Shown in pieces: positions 1 to 14,589 of a stretch of DNA of 64,000 nt. The stretch's first letter is position 1; the number at the start of each line of letters is the position of its first letter. The stretch comes from Gnetum montanum (taxonomy: Eukaryota; Plantae; Gnetophyta), in the NCBI GenBank assembly GCA_015680685.1, contig MNCI01000001.1, forward strand, positions 254,524-318,523. Direction: 5' to 3'. Made by a program: the position numbers and the translations under genes. The notes under the pieces were generated by a model, which saw only the letters and a program-made list of their open reading frames with translations, had not been told where the DNA came from and made no database searches.

Positions 1-1503
1 CTAGGTTAAGTTGAAAAAACCCAAGATTCAATTGGAATAAAGTCAGAAAAATGAGAAACAACAAGGAAACCATAGGCCAAGAATCTAACAATCCAAAAAC
101 AAGAATATATGATGAACAACAATGATCTATTGGTAGTATTAGTGTAAGAAAATCAAATTGACATAGATATAGGATAGGAATCTTACAATGAAGAAAATTA
201 TACCCACATGACTAAAAAGAATAATATTTACAATAGAAAAATGATTTAATTAGAACCATTAGGAAAGAAAAGAAATAGTAATACCATATTACAAGATCTT
301 AGAATTGATAATGGAAAGATATATCAAGGTAAGTTAATGATAATGAACGAGAATCCCAAGATTTCAAATTGTCCATCAAATCAAGTCAATTCATGACATC
401 TCTTCAAATTAGAGATAATAAAGAAGAAGAAATATGTAAGATTTAATCATTTAATTACAAACAATAGTGGCCAAATGATTAGCAAAATCTAGTTCCACAA
501 TATTTTTTATATTATTTATAACAAAATTCATACTCAAAATCAATAAAAATAATAATACTATAAATCATGAATTTCACACATACTAATCTTTTAGAGCAAT
601 ATTCCAAGGCATCCAAGCCAATACCAATTAGCCTACAAATATCATAATAATATAGAATTTAATATCACCAAACCCATCCCAAAAATGCACAAAATCCTAT
701 AAATCTAATTAAAAAAGAAGTCAATATTACTCATCATCAAATTTCCATGAAGAAATGCACATGAAAAAAGAGAAACATAGCAACGATCTAGTTACAAGTA
801 TAATAGATCCAAAATTTACCAACATCATCACTAGCTTCAATCTCCCATAATGCCTCTCTATCATGTTTCAAGAATCATCATGATGTGTGAAATGAAAGAG
901 CTATGGTAGTTATAATAAAATATTAACAAAACTCATAAAAAGGAAAAAATTAGCTAATTACTAAAATAAGAGTTAAACTAAAAGAATATTTCCATTAATC
1001 TCTCTGACCACATACATAACTTCATCTATTCTCATATAACAACCACACATTAAAAAAATAATCAATAATGCATATGCTAATAATCACTAACAAAATAACC
1101 TAATGAATCTCATAAAATAATATTAAAAACTAATTGCATTAAATATAAACTAATTAGGTACAAGCATAACATAATAAACATGGTTGGAATATATTATTTA
1201 AGAAACATTAAGAAAACCATAGATCATCAATCATGCCATGCTCATAGCCAACCTTTCATGAAATCCTACCACAATCAACAATAGGAATGCTACACATATT
1301 GTGAATTGGAACATATATAACAAAATATACATAATAACATTAATTCATATATGCATCTAAAGCTCATCATCATTAAATATTAAGTGCTCAATCATAAAAA
1401 GATATCAAAATGATAACATACATAACATACACATAGGCAAAGAAACATAATCTTGATAATGGATTTTACATACCAAGGATCCCAAAAAATATAAGGTGTT
1501 ATA
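1..1503 (-). repeat. 3' LTR of element E (partial, runs off window start)
   Basis: Minus strand reads TTCTTAAGGGAAAGGA (PPT) then TATAACACC, a decayed TGTAACACC Tekay LTR start at 1503, directly after the chromodomain. Confidence 0.6.
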
Positions 1504-1539
1504 TCCTTTCCCCTTAAGAATCTTCCTCTAGTTTGATCT

Positions 1540-2796
1540 TAGGATGAGAAGAACCTAAGTAAGATTCAAGCTTTCAAATAGCCTCTTAATAACCATAATC
1601 AGTCCACAAGACCTTTACTTTGGATGCCACTGTACTGCATAAGTGATGCTCCATGTAGTCAACAATCATAATGGGATGCTTCACATATGAGACATCAACT
1701 TGAAGTTGTACCTTGTACCAATCAACAACATGACTATTATCAGGAACATAGTTTCATAACATAAAGATATGAAACATATCATGCATGCTCAAAAGCTATG
1801 GAGGCAAAACAAAATGATACACAACCTATTCTATACGTTGAAGAATGTTAACTAACCTAATGTAATGAGATGAAAGCTTTATTTCCTACTAAAACATATT
1901 AAGCCTTTTAAGGGATAGACATGAATAACCATATTTTTATGAATTACAAACTTAATAGGCCTACTCCTATTGTTTGCATTCCTCACCTAGTGATCTTGAG
2001 CTACTTTAAGCCACTTATATATCTCTCTAATTTTCTTAGTCATCCTTATCATGACATCTAAAGTGATACACTATATATCCTTGATCACATCCTAATACAA
2101 GAAATTCATATAAGGTTTCTCATACAAAACTTCTACGGTGATGTCTTCAGACATGCTTGATAGTTATTGTAGTAGGAAAACTCTTCCAATGGTAATAGAC
2201 TATTTCAAATATCTAAAAATTTGTATGTCATAAGATCAAAGAATGTCTTCAAATACATTGTTAACTCTCTCACATATCTAATAAGATGATAACAAATTTA
2301 GGCTTATGCATAGGCTATCCATGAATATGTGTCAAAACTATGAAGTAAATTTAGCATCATGATCTAAGAAAATCTTGGTAGGAATCCATGTAATCATATG
2401 ATCTCAGAGATGAATAACTGCATAACATTCTTTGCATTGACTAAAGTCTTTGTAGCTAGAAAAGAGATTGACTTGGTTGATAAATCAACAACAACAAGGA
2501 TAACATCCTTTCCACCCATAGTACAAGACATACTAGTAATAAAATCCATATGTATCATCTTACACTTCAACTTTAGAATAGTGTGAGGATATAAGTAGCT
2601 AGTTCATCATTGGTGCTTAAGTTTAACCTACTAATTGATCAAACATCTAGTCATGAATTCTCTCCCTATTTCTTCATGCCTTAACACTACCACAACCTCT
2701 TTAACATTTGGTAAGTCTTGTTGTTGCACAAGGGTATTTGAATCCTATTAAAATGAGCTTTGTTTAATAGATGCTACTAGAAGGAATTAGGCACAC
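1540..2796 (-). pseudogene. Element E integrase and chromodomain (decayed)
   Basis: Remnants of Tekay motifs (SPLKGL..KLSSHYI, LPP*LLSMHDMFHI, KVKVLW) with many stop codons. Confidence 0.75.
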
Positions 2797-2801
2797 ATAC
2801 C

Positions 2802-3733
2802 TGAAGAGTAGTGAGGTACCCCTACGCTCAACCATACAAATACGAGTGTTTCATGCACAATCTGGTCGAATTCCAAGGACTAACTACTTATGTGCCCTTG
2901 TGGAACAAATATGGGTTGGTTGTTCATTTTCTTCCCAAGCTTACCTATATGTCATGATTGTATGGTTAAGTAAGCTGAAGGCATATGATTTTTATGGCTT
3001 TTATGTTTTTATGTCCTGCACTAGTAGGGAAGGAGAGAGGTAACTAAGAGACTAATTTAACTTAACTACTCATTAACTAAGTTCTAACTAATCCTAACAC
3101 TAGCATCTGTTCCGACTTGCCATACACATCTTGAACCAATGCAACACTGCTGGGATTACCAAACGCTAATCGTTACTGGGTTACTAAGCATTACACGCAT
3201 GCTTGAAGTGGTTGTGCTTGCATAATTTAACAATTTGCTTAATTGATCAAAATGAATTGTTGTGCTAATAACATAAATGTAAAGTGCATAAAATAAAATT
3301 AATGCATAAGAAAATGGAATAAAAGAAATGCGTAAGAAAACAAATCTCAAGTGCTGCAAGGATGAATCAAAGAACTCGTCTTTATGGCCAACACAATGAT
3401 GTGCTCAGGTACATCAATGCTTGAATAAAGATCCATCCACACTTAAACCTCCTACTATGGGCACTTGAAAAATACTCTAACTTTCAAACAGACTACAAGG
3501 GTTTTGCTACTTGACTACTAAAATACTTCCTTCCCAATTGTGAGCCTGGGCACTATATTTATAGGCTTGGGAGCAAGTACTCTAATAATTAGAGTAACCG
3601 CTCTAATACTTAGAATAACTACTAAAGTAACTACTAGAGTAACTTCTCTAATAATTAGAATAACTACNTAAAGTAACTACTAGAGTAACTTCTCTAATAA
3701 TTAGAATAACTACTAGAGTAACTACTCTCATCA
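2802..3733 (-). mobile_element. Solo LTR of Athila-like family, inserted in E pol
   Basis: TG...CA ends; perfect TSD ATACC (2797-2801 and 3734-3738); terminus TGAAGAGTAGTGAGGTACCCCTACGCTCAACCATA matches LTR ends of elements A and C; TATA box on - strand at ~3555; AGAGTAACTACT array at 3575-3733. Confidence 0.9.
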
Positions 3734-3738
3734 ATACC

Positions 3739-4502
3739 CAATCCTTAAGATAAAGAAATCTAAGAGCATCAATTACCACATAAGAATTACTTGATTTCCT
3801 AAGCTGCTTACACCAAGGATCATACTACTAATTTACATGAATCTCACTAATTACATTAGACTAGATCATCAAACTATGGGTTCTTACCAATGACATAGCT
3901 CAAAGCATCTACAACAACATGTCTTTTTCTTATTCAATATTGGATGATAAAATTAAAATTAGATAATAGCTTGACCCACCTCCTCAAATGTAGATTTAAT
4001 TATGGAAAATTCATCAAATACTACAATCCCTTCTGGTTTGTCCAAATCATCAACTACTCCATGAATAAGTAGTGCACCAAACCTTTAAGATAAATACTAC
4101 TACTCCCCATTGAAGGTCATGTGTGGAGTAGCATTTCTTATGAGATTTTAACTATAATAAGGCATAGGCTTTTACTTTATCCTCTTGCATGAGAACCCTT
4201 CAATAACCATCTACTAATACATTAGTACAAACATTGAATGATTTATCTAGGATAGGTAAAACCAAAATGGAGTCAAGATTAGTTTATCCTTGATTTTATC
4301 AAAGTCATTTTGGCAACACAAGTTTGATAAGAAACTAACATCCTTTTGTAATAACATCTGAATAGGTGAAGTGATGCTAGAGAAGTTATTGATGAATCTT
4401 CTACAATAACCTGCTAGCCCAAGAAAAATAAAAATCTTTTCAAAATTATTGGGAATAGGCCAATCTTAAATAATTAATATCTTAGTAGGATCGAATGCTA
4501 TA
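3739..4502 (-). pseudogene. Element E RT connection / RNase H (decayed)
   Basis: DWPIPNNF, FLGLAGYCRRFINNFS and HVVVDALS motifs on - strand. Confidence 0.75.
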
Positions 4503-4507
4503 ATAGC

Positions 4508-5610
4508 TAAAAAACCTCAAAGAAAATTCATGTTAAGCTTAAAATACCTAAAAGGAAAATTTACCTTGTAATTTCATGCTTTAAGGGAAAATATAGTTTC
4601 TTATTTTCCCATAAAAAATCATACTCCATGGCATTGTTCTTGCAAAGTTTCAGATAAATTTTCAATGCAGAAGATGGAATTTGTAGTTTATAAGTTGGTA
4701 ATTTCATTTATACTAACATGTAGGGCATAACATGATAATACATTATCAAAATTGGCAGAAAAATCCCAAAAACATCGGTGGCATATATGTTGGAGTTTGG
4801 GCCCTAAAAATAGCCCAAATGTGCCATCAAATTTGGCAAGAAAAGTCAAAAACGTTGGTGGTTAATAAGCTATAGTTTTTTGGTGGTGAAAGTGCCAAAT
4901 ACGTTGGTATTTCATGCCCAAAAGGTCAAAAACGTTTGTGTATCATATGTTTTAGATTTTGACCATGAAAATATTTCAAAATGTTGTAAATTTTATTAGA
5001 AATTTGCTAGCAATTATGCCAGAATCAACTAGAAATAAATTACGACATCCATAGCCTATTTAAACCAAAATTTATTTTATTGTAAGGACTTTTTGATTTG
5101 TGTAACTATTTTAAGCTTGAGACGTTTGAGAGAGAACAAGATCTAAGAGTCCAAAGCCATCATCAAGAGTAGATCACCAAAAGCACCAAGATCTTGTTAT
5201 AGAGTAAGTGAACTAGGAATATTTGGGAGGACTATAGGACACATACTACTCATACATAAATCAGATTTTATTACCATTTCTAAGGAGTTATTAAATAATT
5301 TCAATTCCAAATTTTGTATTCTCTAAACCTTGTATTTTAATAGCATTAATACAAATATTTGTAAGTGTTTTGGTTCATTTACTTATTATTTTTTGCAAAT
5401 GCATTTCAGTATAGACTCAGTTATTTATGCATTTTCTTGCTTAATCTTATTATAATTTCATTTTGATAACAAACCTTCCAAGTCCTCAAGTAATGATCAA
5501 GACCATTTGAGATGCTCTAGATCCTTTTCTGAGACCGTTTGGATTTGGAGTTGAACTATTTTGTATCAGAATTTTTGATCCTCTAGCATTGAATTTTTTT
5601 CATTACTATA
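4508..5610 (+). repeat. 5' LTR of element D
   Basis: Colinear similarity to 45261-46353 (e.g. AAGATGGAATTTGTAGTTTATAAG, CATAGCCTATTTAAACCAAAATTTT); repeated ACGTTGG motifs. Confidence 0.9.
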
Positions 5611-5615
5611 GTTTC

Positions 5616-5632
5616 TAGTGCTAGATGGAGGG
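5616..5632 (+). promoter_or_regulatory. Primer-binding site of element D
   Basis: TAGTGCTAGATGGAGGG resembles the TGGCGCTAGAAGGAGGG PBS I recall from Tat-clade elements; the same motif follows the LTRs of F (30246) and G (~59427). Confidence 0.65.
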
Positions 5633-6169
5633 CTTCTACTTGAATTCTTTGCTAAAATCCCATTTTTACAAACATTTTTTTATCTATTTCTACTATGAAA
5701 AATTTTTCTGGAAATTTTTTAAAGCCCAATGTATGGAACCACAACTAGTTTTTGGCCAAAAATAGAAACTTTTAATCATTGATTTTGCAATGTAGTGTAT
5801 AGCGCTAATACAAGTTCCTACACTTGGAAATCTAGAAATTAACTTTTGTTACTATAGTACACAATGCTACCTTAACTTCCTACACTTGGTATATTGAAAA
5901 AATTAGTTTTTGTTGTTGCAATACATAGTGCTGCCCCTTTTCACATGTTGGAAATTCAAAAACAAAATTACAATTGTAGTGCATATCATCCTCCTATTTT
6001 ATGTACCTAGAGTTGAAATTTTTCTTGAATTTTTCACACATGTTATAATTCATTTTGTTTTACCCAACATTGATTACATGTTAGGAGAAAAATTTTGAAA
6101 ATTTTTAATTTTTTATTGCAGGTGCAATTTCATATGTTATAGTTGAACAAGTTGAAGCTCTTAATACAT

Positions 6170-6500
6170 TAGAGTTTCACAAGTTAAGAATTTCTATATG
6201 TTAAAAACTCACATAGGATACTTATACGTTCGATTTCTCACAAGTTGAGATTTTCACAAGTTAACTTTTATGTTAGGATTTCTCACAAGTTATGATTTTC
6301 ACAAGTTAACTTATGCATTGGATTTTCATAATTTGAGTTTCACAAGTTAACTTATACATTAGGATTTCTTACAAGTTGAGATTTTCATAAATTAACTTAT
6401 ACGTTGAAAGTTTCACAAGTAAATATTTCCATAAGTTAACTTATATGTTGGAATTTTTGCAAGTTAGAAAATTCACATGTTGACCTTACACCTTTTATGC
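6170..6500 (+). repeat. Degenerate ~43-bp tandem array in D 5' UTR
   Basis: Recurrent TTTCACAAGTTAACTTATACGTTGGATTTCTCACAAGTTGAGA units. Confidence 0.8.
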
Positions 6501-6541
6501 CTTTTCATTGTTCCATAGTTTTATCTCACAATATAACACAC

Positions 6542-9500
6542 ATGGCCTCAAACCAAGAATCTATTTGTATATTTGATCCCAAGGATCATGCAATGGTAGA
6601 ATATAGGTAGTCCTTCCAATGGATGGGATTGGACCCATCTTAAACAAACATAAATGAAGAATATTATAACTTTCTTTGTGCTAAGATTCAAGCTAGCATT
6701 CCCATCCCATGCATAGAATTAGAGAGCAAATGGTAATTTGAAATTATTTATTGAAATAGAAAGGAATATATCCTCTTCCCTTATGACCATATTAATATAA
6801 TAGATTTCCATATACATATGCTAGCACAATTGGTAGAAATGGAGGATGTGAGGAAAATAGCTCAAACCAAAACTGAGAGGAATGAGATGAGTTTGAAGCA
6901 AAGCATGAACTAGACATATTCATAGGAGACCTCTTACAATGTTCAATTCCTGATATGACCATTCCAAACTCTACACCTCCTATCTTCTCTATAGATCAAA
7001 TTCCTCAGTCTATGTCTTTATTCCCTACCATTGTTTCCTCAACACCCATTGTAACAACATAGTCAATGTTTCATTATGCATCCTTATTCTTAACAATGCT
7101 ATTTTCTATGCAACCTCATTCTGTGTGACCATCGCCACTCGTGTCCTTTACATCACTTCCTTTCTCCATCCTAGTGGGCCCTTCTTTGGGATCCTAGGCT
7201 TCACAAGCCTTCCATAGCTACTTTGCTCCATTCATTCCATGTATTCAAACTCAAAAATCCTTTTCCTTATTAAACCCACCTGCTATAGTGTTCACACAGC
7301 CTCTTCCATCCATACCCATGTCCATGGCATGGTCCCAAGCCATTCAACCTCCTTGATAGCCATTAGTACAAATATTGTAGCATACAGGGATGCCCCAAGA
7401 CCTAGAACAAGCCTTTCCAATGATCCAAGACCTTATTGAAGTGCTATAAAATATTAAATCTACTACAACAAAAATGGTAAAAATTATGGATTTCTACTAG
7501 GAGAATCACATAAGCCCTAGTGTCCTTCAAATAAGATTACCTATGAGCATGCCTATCCCAAACTTCACCAAATAGAATGATAAATGAGATCCTAAGGTAA
7601 ATTTGGTGACCTTGTAGTTTGAGTGCCTCTTATTACAAGCATGGTCTCATACAATACTAAAATTTTTTTCTATGTCCCTCAAGGAAGAAACTTTAGATTG
7701 GTATCAAACCTTGTCTAGAGGTTCTATCTCTTTTCTTGAGGACTTGATAAACCAATTTGTCAATCGCTTCAAATACAACTTGAAGCTAGATATAACATTG
7801 GACCAACTCATGAAGGCAAAGTAGGGATCACTTGAACTAGTATAAAGGTTCATTCAGAGATGGAATTCAATACTTAATGAGAATCTAAAGCCTATCTATG
7901 AAACTTACCTATTGGCCATTTTCAAGGGATTAGTAAAGAACTTCATCAAGTTAAAGCTCTACTACCTAGATCCTTGATCACTGAGCCAAGTTTGTTAATA
8001 AACTAAGAATATTAACGAGGTAGTTGAGGCTAGTAATAATTTCTCCTATGTAGGTTATAAAAATCAACACACGATGAGGGATAAGGAAAAGACTAAGTAA
8101 GAATAAACAACCATGACCATAATAACAAAAGAGTTAAAACAGGTAGAAAGGAAAATATCACCTCCATGCAATAGATCCCCTAAAACCTTACAACCATCCA
8201 CATCTTATGTCCCAAATCAACCAAGATATAATTTTGAGCAAGATGATAAGATGAAGTACACTAGGTTGCCTATGAATCCCTTTGAGCTCTTAGAATATTT
8301 TCTTAAAAATAATCATATACAACATAATAAACTATTTGTAGAAGCTCATAAGAGGAACAATCATCTTTGTGATATAGTTATAGATCCAACAATAGTAACC
8401 AAAGATGATTCAAAACTACCAAAGTACTTTAGACTATATAAGTTTTGTCATTATCATCAAATGAATGGTCATGATACTTATTTCTACCTAGCCTTGAATG
8501 ATATCTATAAGATAATTAATCATGGAGAGCTTGTTTTGAATGAACACAACTCTTTAAATGCCAACTATAACTCTTACACCATAGTCTCATTCATAGGAAC
8601 CATATGGTCTAATCCTCCTAGGTAACCTTTTATTATCAAGATACCATCAACTAGTGTTGACCATTTAAACATGAAGCCTAAAAATCCCTTCATCATCATG
8701 GCACCACCACCTCTATCCCTTAGGAAGCCTTTTGTTATATGTGTCCCCCCTATAGTAGCATCAACATCACAATCTAAACAAAATGTTACCTAGCCTCATA
8801 AGGCTAGGGAACCTTTCATTATTAGGGTTCCTCCACCACCCACAAGAAAAATTGTCATAACTCAAGATCAAAGCTTAGCTATAGTTGCTAATAATTCAAT
8901 GATTAACAAGAGGTCATCATTGCAAATGTGATGAAAAGTAACTTGTCACAAAACCAATAGCTAATCCTACTAAAGGTACCCAACAAGAAAAGGCTTGGAA
9001 ACAAGTTAACCTACCTAGACATACACCAAGATTATCTACACCCATAAACAAGGGACCCAAGCAACATACACCAAGATCTAAGTCAAAAATTCTAAGAAGG
9101 ATGGAAGAAATTAAGACCACCAAGGCTGAAACATCACACGCTAAGGAAAAGAATTTCCTTACAAAAATGGAACAAGTCAAATAATTACTCAAGGAAAAGA
9201 ACACATTGTTAAACCCATACGACCTAGTCATGACTTCTCCTACTCCTAGAGATGCACTAGCTCAAACATTGACTTCCATCCTTGTGAACAGAGACATGCT
9301 TGCTAACAAAGAGTCCATCCACTATATCATTGAGCAAGATTTACTTGAGGAAAACATGCATCAACCCATGCTCAACTTTCATGACAGTGAGGTGAAGATT
9401 GACCCATGAAATGGAGTAGTGCTATCTACTCTTGTCATCATTACCATATGTGTTGATAGGTACAAGGTTCATCATGTTGATGTGGATGATGGGGTGGCAA

Positions 9501-9900
9501 CTAATCTGATACCATACACTATTGTTGACAAAATAGGGTTAACCAAAAACATCCAATAAACCACTACCTCTGCCTCAAGTCATTTAACTGGTCATGAGTA
9601 GTGGTTTGAAGCTCTATTTTCTTAGAATTTGTGGTTGGAGAATAATTTTCTACATTTGCCAATTTCCTAATGGTTGAAGAGACATCTAGTTTCAACTTGA
9701 TCCTAGGAAGGTCATGGTTGGCTAGTCTTTAGGTAGCTTCATCTCCTATACATTAATAGATCCACTTACCATATGAGGATGGTAAAATTATCATTTTTGG
9801 AAATAACATGTTTCTATCATTAGTCAACAATGTCAATATTTATTGAGGTTAGGAGGTGGATTTTCAAGAGGAGACTACCACAACTCAAGCTAGGGCCAAT
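6542..9900 (+). pseudogene. Element D gag-protease (Ogre/Tat type), decayed
   Basis: Gag core (PNFTK*NDK*DP..SMSLKEETLDWYQTL..GSISFLEDL..FKYNL), CHYHQMNGHDT Zn motif (ORF 8113-8625), protease VDDGVATNLIP...FNLILGR.WL. Confidence 0.85.
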
Positions 9901-10194
9901 AACAAAATCAACAATAATAAGGAATGTTAGCATCACCAACACTAAAACAATAAACAATCAATCAAATATTATTGATTGCCATGTTGAATAAGAAGAACAA
10001 TGAAACTAGGATCGCATAAAGGAAGCCCATTTATTTATCAAGCAGCAAGAAATAAGTACATCATAGAAATCTTATCTCTTCTTTTTTTAATAGTCATTGG
10101 CCTATCATCATGACCTTATATAATGTTTTATTGTTGGTTTTATCCTTATATGCTCTTTCAAGGCTATCCCATACTTGCTAGATAAGTGTGTCCA

Positions 10195-10360
10195 TAGCTT
10201 GCCAATGCCTAAAATTGGCAATCCAATGACCTTCCAAAGCCTAAAACTAGCAACACAATAGCCTAATAAGGCCTAAAATTGGCAAGAAAATAGCCTAAAA
10301 GGCCTAAAACTAGTAAAATGATGGCTTGGCAGGCCTAAAACTAGTAATTTTATGACCTTC
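10195..10360 (+). repeat. ~30-bp GGCCTAAAACTAG tandem repeat directly after protease
   Basis: Visible repeats; the same repeat sits at the same position in F (35290-35380) and G (63820-64000). Confidence 0.75.
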
Positions 10361-12729
10361 CTTTTTGTATCTCTCTTGCATTTACATTATTACTTATTAC
10401 ACCTTGTTTTATACATTTATTATTTAATTGTCCAAGTTTACATCTTAGCCTTATTATTTTAACTTGTAAACTTTTATGCAACAAAATATTGAACAAACTA
10501 AAAAAATATAAAATATTAAAAATAAAAATTTCTAGCTTTTAAACAAATATGCCAATACCAATAGCCATTATCACACTATGTGATAAAACAACAATAATAA
10601 CACAATTGTAGTCATAGTTGAATAGTGCAACATGATAATAATAAATAATATAGTCTCTAAAGTTGTAACAACCAGAACAATAACACCAATGGTACGGAAA
10701 AAATGATAGATCATGATGGGATCATCAAATGGCCAAAACTAATTCATAAGTGGAAGGAGGAGAATTGTAGTCATTGACATTATCATGAACATTGTCACTA
10801 ACTCCATCACTATAAACATCAAAAACCTTCAAGAAGAACATTAAAATTATTAGGATCAAAAACCATATCAAAACCAAAAATTCTACAACCAAACATCACA
10901 TTGACCAATATAGATTCTAGATGATAGGAAAACCCCTTAAAATTATAAAAAAATATTTTTAGCTAAAAATGCAAGTAACATGTTCCCAACAATCAAAATT
11001 AATCACCTACATTGTAGTCCAAGTGCAAGAAAAAAAAAATTATGCTAGTTTCCAACTAAAATTTTTACCAAGAAAACTCAATTTGTAGTGAATCAACTAT
11101 AGCAAACACTAGAAAAATTCATAAAAAAATTTCAAAAATTATAAACTTCATCTATAATCCCTATAAACTAAATCCATAACAACTAGGGACTTAAAAAATT
11201 GATCACATGTGGTCAAAAAATCCCAAAACATTGCTAGCTTTCCCATGGAAAAACTGCAAAATTTTAACAAAAATTGGCAAGAACACTAGAAATTGGGTTG
11301 GTAACAAATGCATAAAAAATATAGAAAAATAATAAAAATATAATTCCACCTCTAGTACCACCATAAAACTAGAATAACACATCTATTCACTCAAAATTGC
11401 AAAATCTTAGCCTATACATTCTAGAAAAAACATTTAAGTTAAGCCAAAATTCACTGAGACTAGAGCAAAAATGTTGAGCACAGGTTTGGGAAAAAAAAAA
11501 CCAAATATCCATCAATATATTAAAAAAAATATAAATCTTGATTCCAATATAATTAATAGGCCTAAACCTTTAATTAAGCATAAACAAATCAAAAAAATTC
11601 AACCTAGATAAGCCTAGAGATGAAAAAACATTTCTACAAAACTTTGAAAAATCAGAAAAAATGGTGGAAACTTGGTACCTAGTAGATCTTGATGAAGATC
11701 CTTCTCCTGTATTATAATATGAAAGACATGAAACAATGTGTATGGCCTCCTCTACCTTTTTCAAAACTAGATTTTTATTACTTGACCTAATTTTCTTCAT
11801 CGTGGTTATTGGGAGCTTCAAACCTTCACCTTGATTGTAGTGGAAGAAAACCCTAAAACCACTTTCCTTGTTGCACTAATGCTATGAGTATAGATTTTTG
11901 AATGCTAATATTGCTAAGAACATGTGATGATTTTAGTTTTTCAACCACCATTGTAGATTTCTATTACCACACATGAGAATTTGGAGAAATTTGCTTCAAT
12001 GCTGAGGTTGGGTGTAAGAAATCCTTTGATTCTTAAATTTCCTAAACATAGACAAGAAAAGACCTTTTGAAAACCAAGATAACATCCTTCACATTTCCCT
12101 AGGAATATTTAAGAAGATAATAAGCCTTTTGTATCAAGTTCTATTGGAAAGTTTCTATTTGTAACTTAATAAATTAGGCTTCATAAACCAATGCCCACAC
12201 TAATGTATATAGCATGGAACCTAGGCTGTACTTTGGTCATCAAAGATCTAGAGTATTAGGCCAACATAAAAAGGTTGTAAAAAATCCTATGACATCTCAA
12301 ATCTAATTTCTAACCATACAAAGGTCACCCACCAAAGTATAAGATTTCAACAAATTCCAATACACTAAAAATCAAAACAAAGGAGTGCATACGTTGGAAG
12401 TCTAGTTTTCATACCTTAAAACTTCAAGTTAAATATGTTGGCAAACATATGAAAATTTTATTTTCACCTTGAGAACATTTGATCCTTGCTAAGTAACCTC
12501 ATACATTGCTAGAGATGGTCCCAGAAGTTGTAGGTCCTACCCCAAAAACCTAAACATTGTGGTGTAGATCTAGAAGCTTGTAAATCCTATTGAAACTTCA
12601 TGAAAACTTTTCAAACTTTGTATATACGTTGGTGGTTATGCCTAAGATGTTTGCCAAAATGTATAAAAATGTGAGAACTTTAAGAAACCTTCAAGTTAGC
12701 ATTTATAGTCTCACAAGCGATCACTCTTA

Positions 12730-13750
12730 ATCTAGAACCCTAGGTGTAGACACAGGAGATTGTAGGGCTAGAGAATTGAATCAGAAAAATATCAAAATTA
12801 GCCAAGATGGACTTCACAGATTGGGTGTTCATGTCTCATATGTTCAATATGTACACTATCATGAAAACACTAAAAAACTAAAATCTTGGTTAGTATAAGC
12901 TCACAAACTATAGATCAATCTTTGGAACACTAGCCTTTATACTAGGAAAATAGAAAGATTAAAAACCCTATTGAAATACCTCCAAAATCAATCAAAATTG
13001 GAATGCACATTGAACATATATGCCAAATATTTTTTGTTAATGTGTACACCAATGTGAGAACATCCAAAAACTCAAAACCTGCTCAATATAACCCTAGAAA
13101 CTACAAATCTCTCATTAGAACACTAACCACTACACTAGGAGATTGGGAGGTCCAAACCTTGTTAAAAACATGCAAAAGTGGCCAAATTTGATTCCATACA
13201 TTGAGAATATATGATCAACATATAGTAAAACATGAAATATTCAAAAAAATCAAAACTTAATCCACATGATTTCTAAAACTCCAGATCATCCTCTAGAACC
13301 CTAGTCACTACACTAGGGGCTTGGGGAGGTCAAATCATTGTTTAAAAGTACTCAAAATGGCCAAATTGAATTCCATATATTGAGGACTAAGTTCCACAAA
13401 TTTTTCCAACATATAATCCAACTTGTGAACCTAAATAGGCCTTCAAGTATATTAATATCACTCTAGAAATTTCAAATTTCATCCCTTCTTCCTAGCACTA
13501 ACATGAGAATTTGAAAGCTTCCAAAAACTTGATCAAAACTTTACCAAACCTTCCTATAAAAGTAAAATACGTTGGTATTTGTACTCAACATGTTGGGATA
13601 GAATAGATGTAAACATGTGAGCACCAAAAAAACCTTTACTTCACTCAAAATAGCTCCAAAATAGTAGATTTTTTCACCAAACCCTAGGAGCTACAATAGG
13701 AGACTTGGAGCTTCAAGAACTTGATCAAAATTCCTTCAAAATATGACATA
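12730..13750 (+). repeat. ~190-bp degenerate tandem array (about 6 units) in D 3' region
   Basis: TAGAACCCTAG..ACTACACTAGGAGATT-like anchor recurs at ~12731, 12921, 13116, 13293, 13490 and 13680. Confidence 0.65.
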
Positions 13751-14589
13751 TCATTCTAACACATTGGAAATCAAGACAATTACTTTGTCCCAATGTGAAT
13801 ACTAGTGTCTGAGATCTTTACCATCAAAAACAAGTTCAAAACAAGCTTAAACACTATCACAATGGTTCCCACATGCTAGAAGCTTAACTTGGAATGCTTA
13901 TAAGCTACCTTGGTTAGTCCTACAAGACAATAATTTAGACCAAACTATCTACATGTTTAGAAAATATCCTAGAAACATTGAGATTAATTTTTGGGATTTT
14001 TACATAATGAAGCTTTAAGCTGTACACATTGGACCACCATAAAAATCAGTTTATGCAACACAAAAAATCCTTAAAACTTAACTGATCTACATTGAATGCA
14101 AACCAAAGAGGCCCCACATGTTGTGCACATGATACAAAATGTACACACATTGATGGAATAGGTTCTACATGTTGGGAAAATAAGTTTTAGCTTTTCTTTA
14201 ATATTTTTGACACAAAAAACCATTTTTTCTAGTAGTTTACTACTAGTTTTCATAAGCTTTTTCTATTTTTACAAGCTTTTTTCTCATTTTATTAATTTTG
14301 GCTAGATTTTTTTATTTAATAATTTAAAACCTATTGTCTCTAGATTTTTTATTATTTTGACACCTTACAACTTGTTTTCTTTAGAGTTTTACTAATTTTA
14401 ATAATTTACAACCTAATTTTCTTAGCCTCCTAATATTTTGACAATTAGAAATCTATTTTCTTCATGTTTGCATCCATTTTGGTAGTTTATAGCTTTTTTT
14501 TCATTGAAATTTTGTTTATTTTTGTTATGAAAATCCAAAAAAAATAAAATAAATAGTATTATTTATACTATTTTCAACCTAGTGTAACC

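Noticed and set aside
3623-3713. Exact ~45-bp tandem duplication around a single N (3668)
   Set aside because: The same pattern occurs at 33981, 50988 and 51182; it is typical of overlapping contig ends joined by one N, so an assembly artefact.
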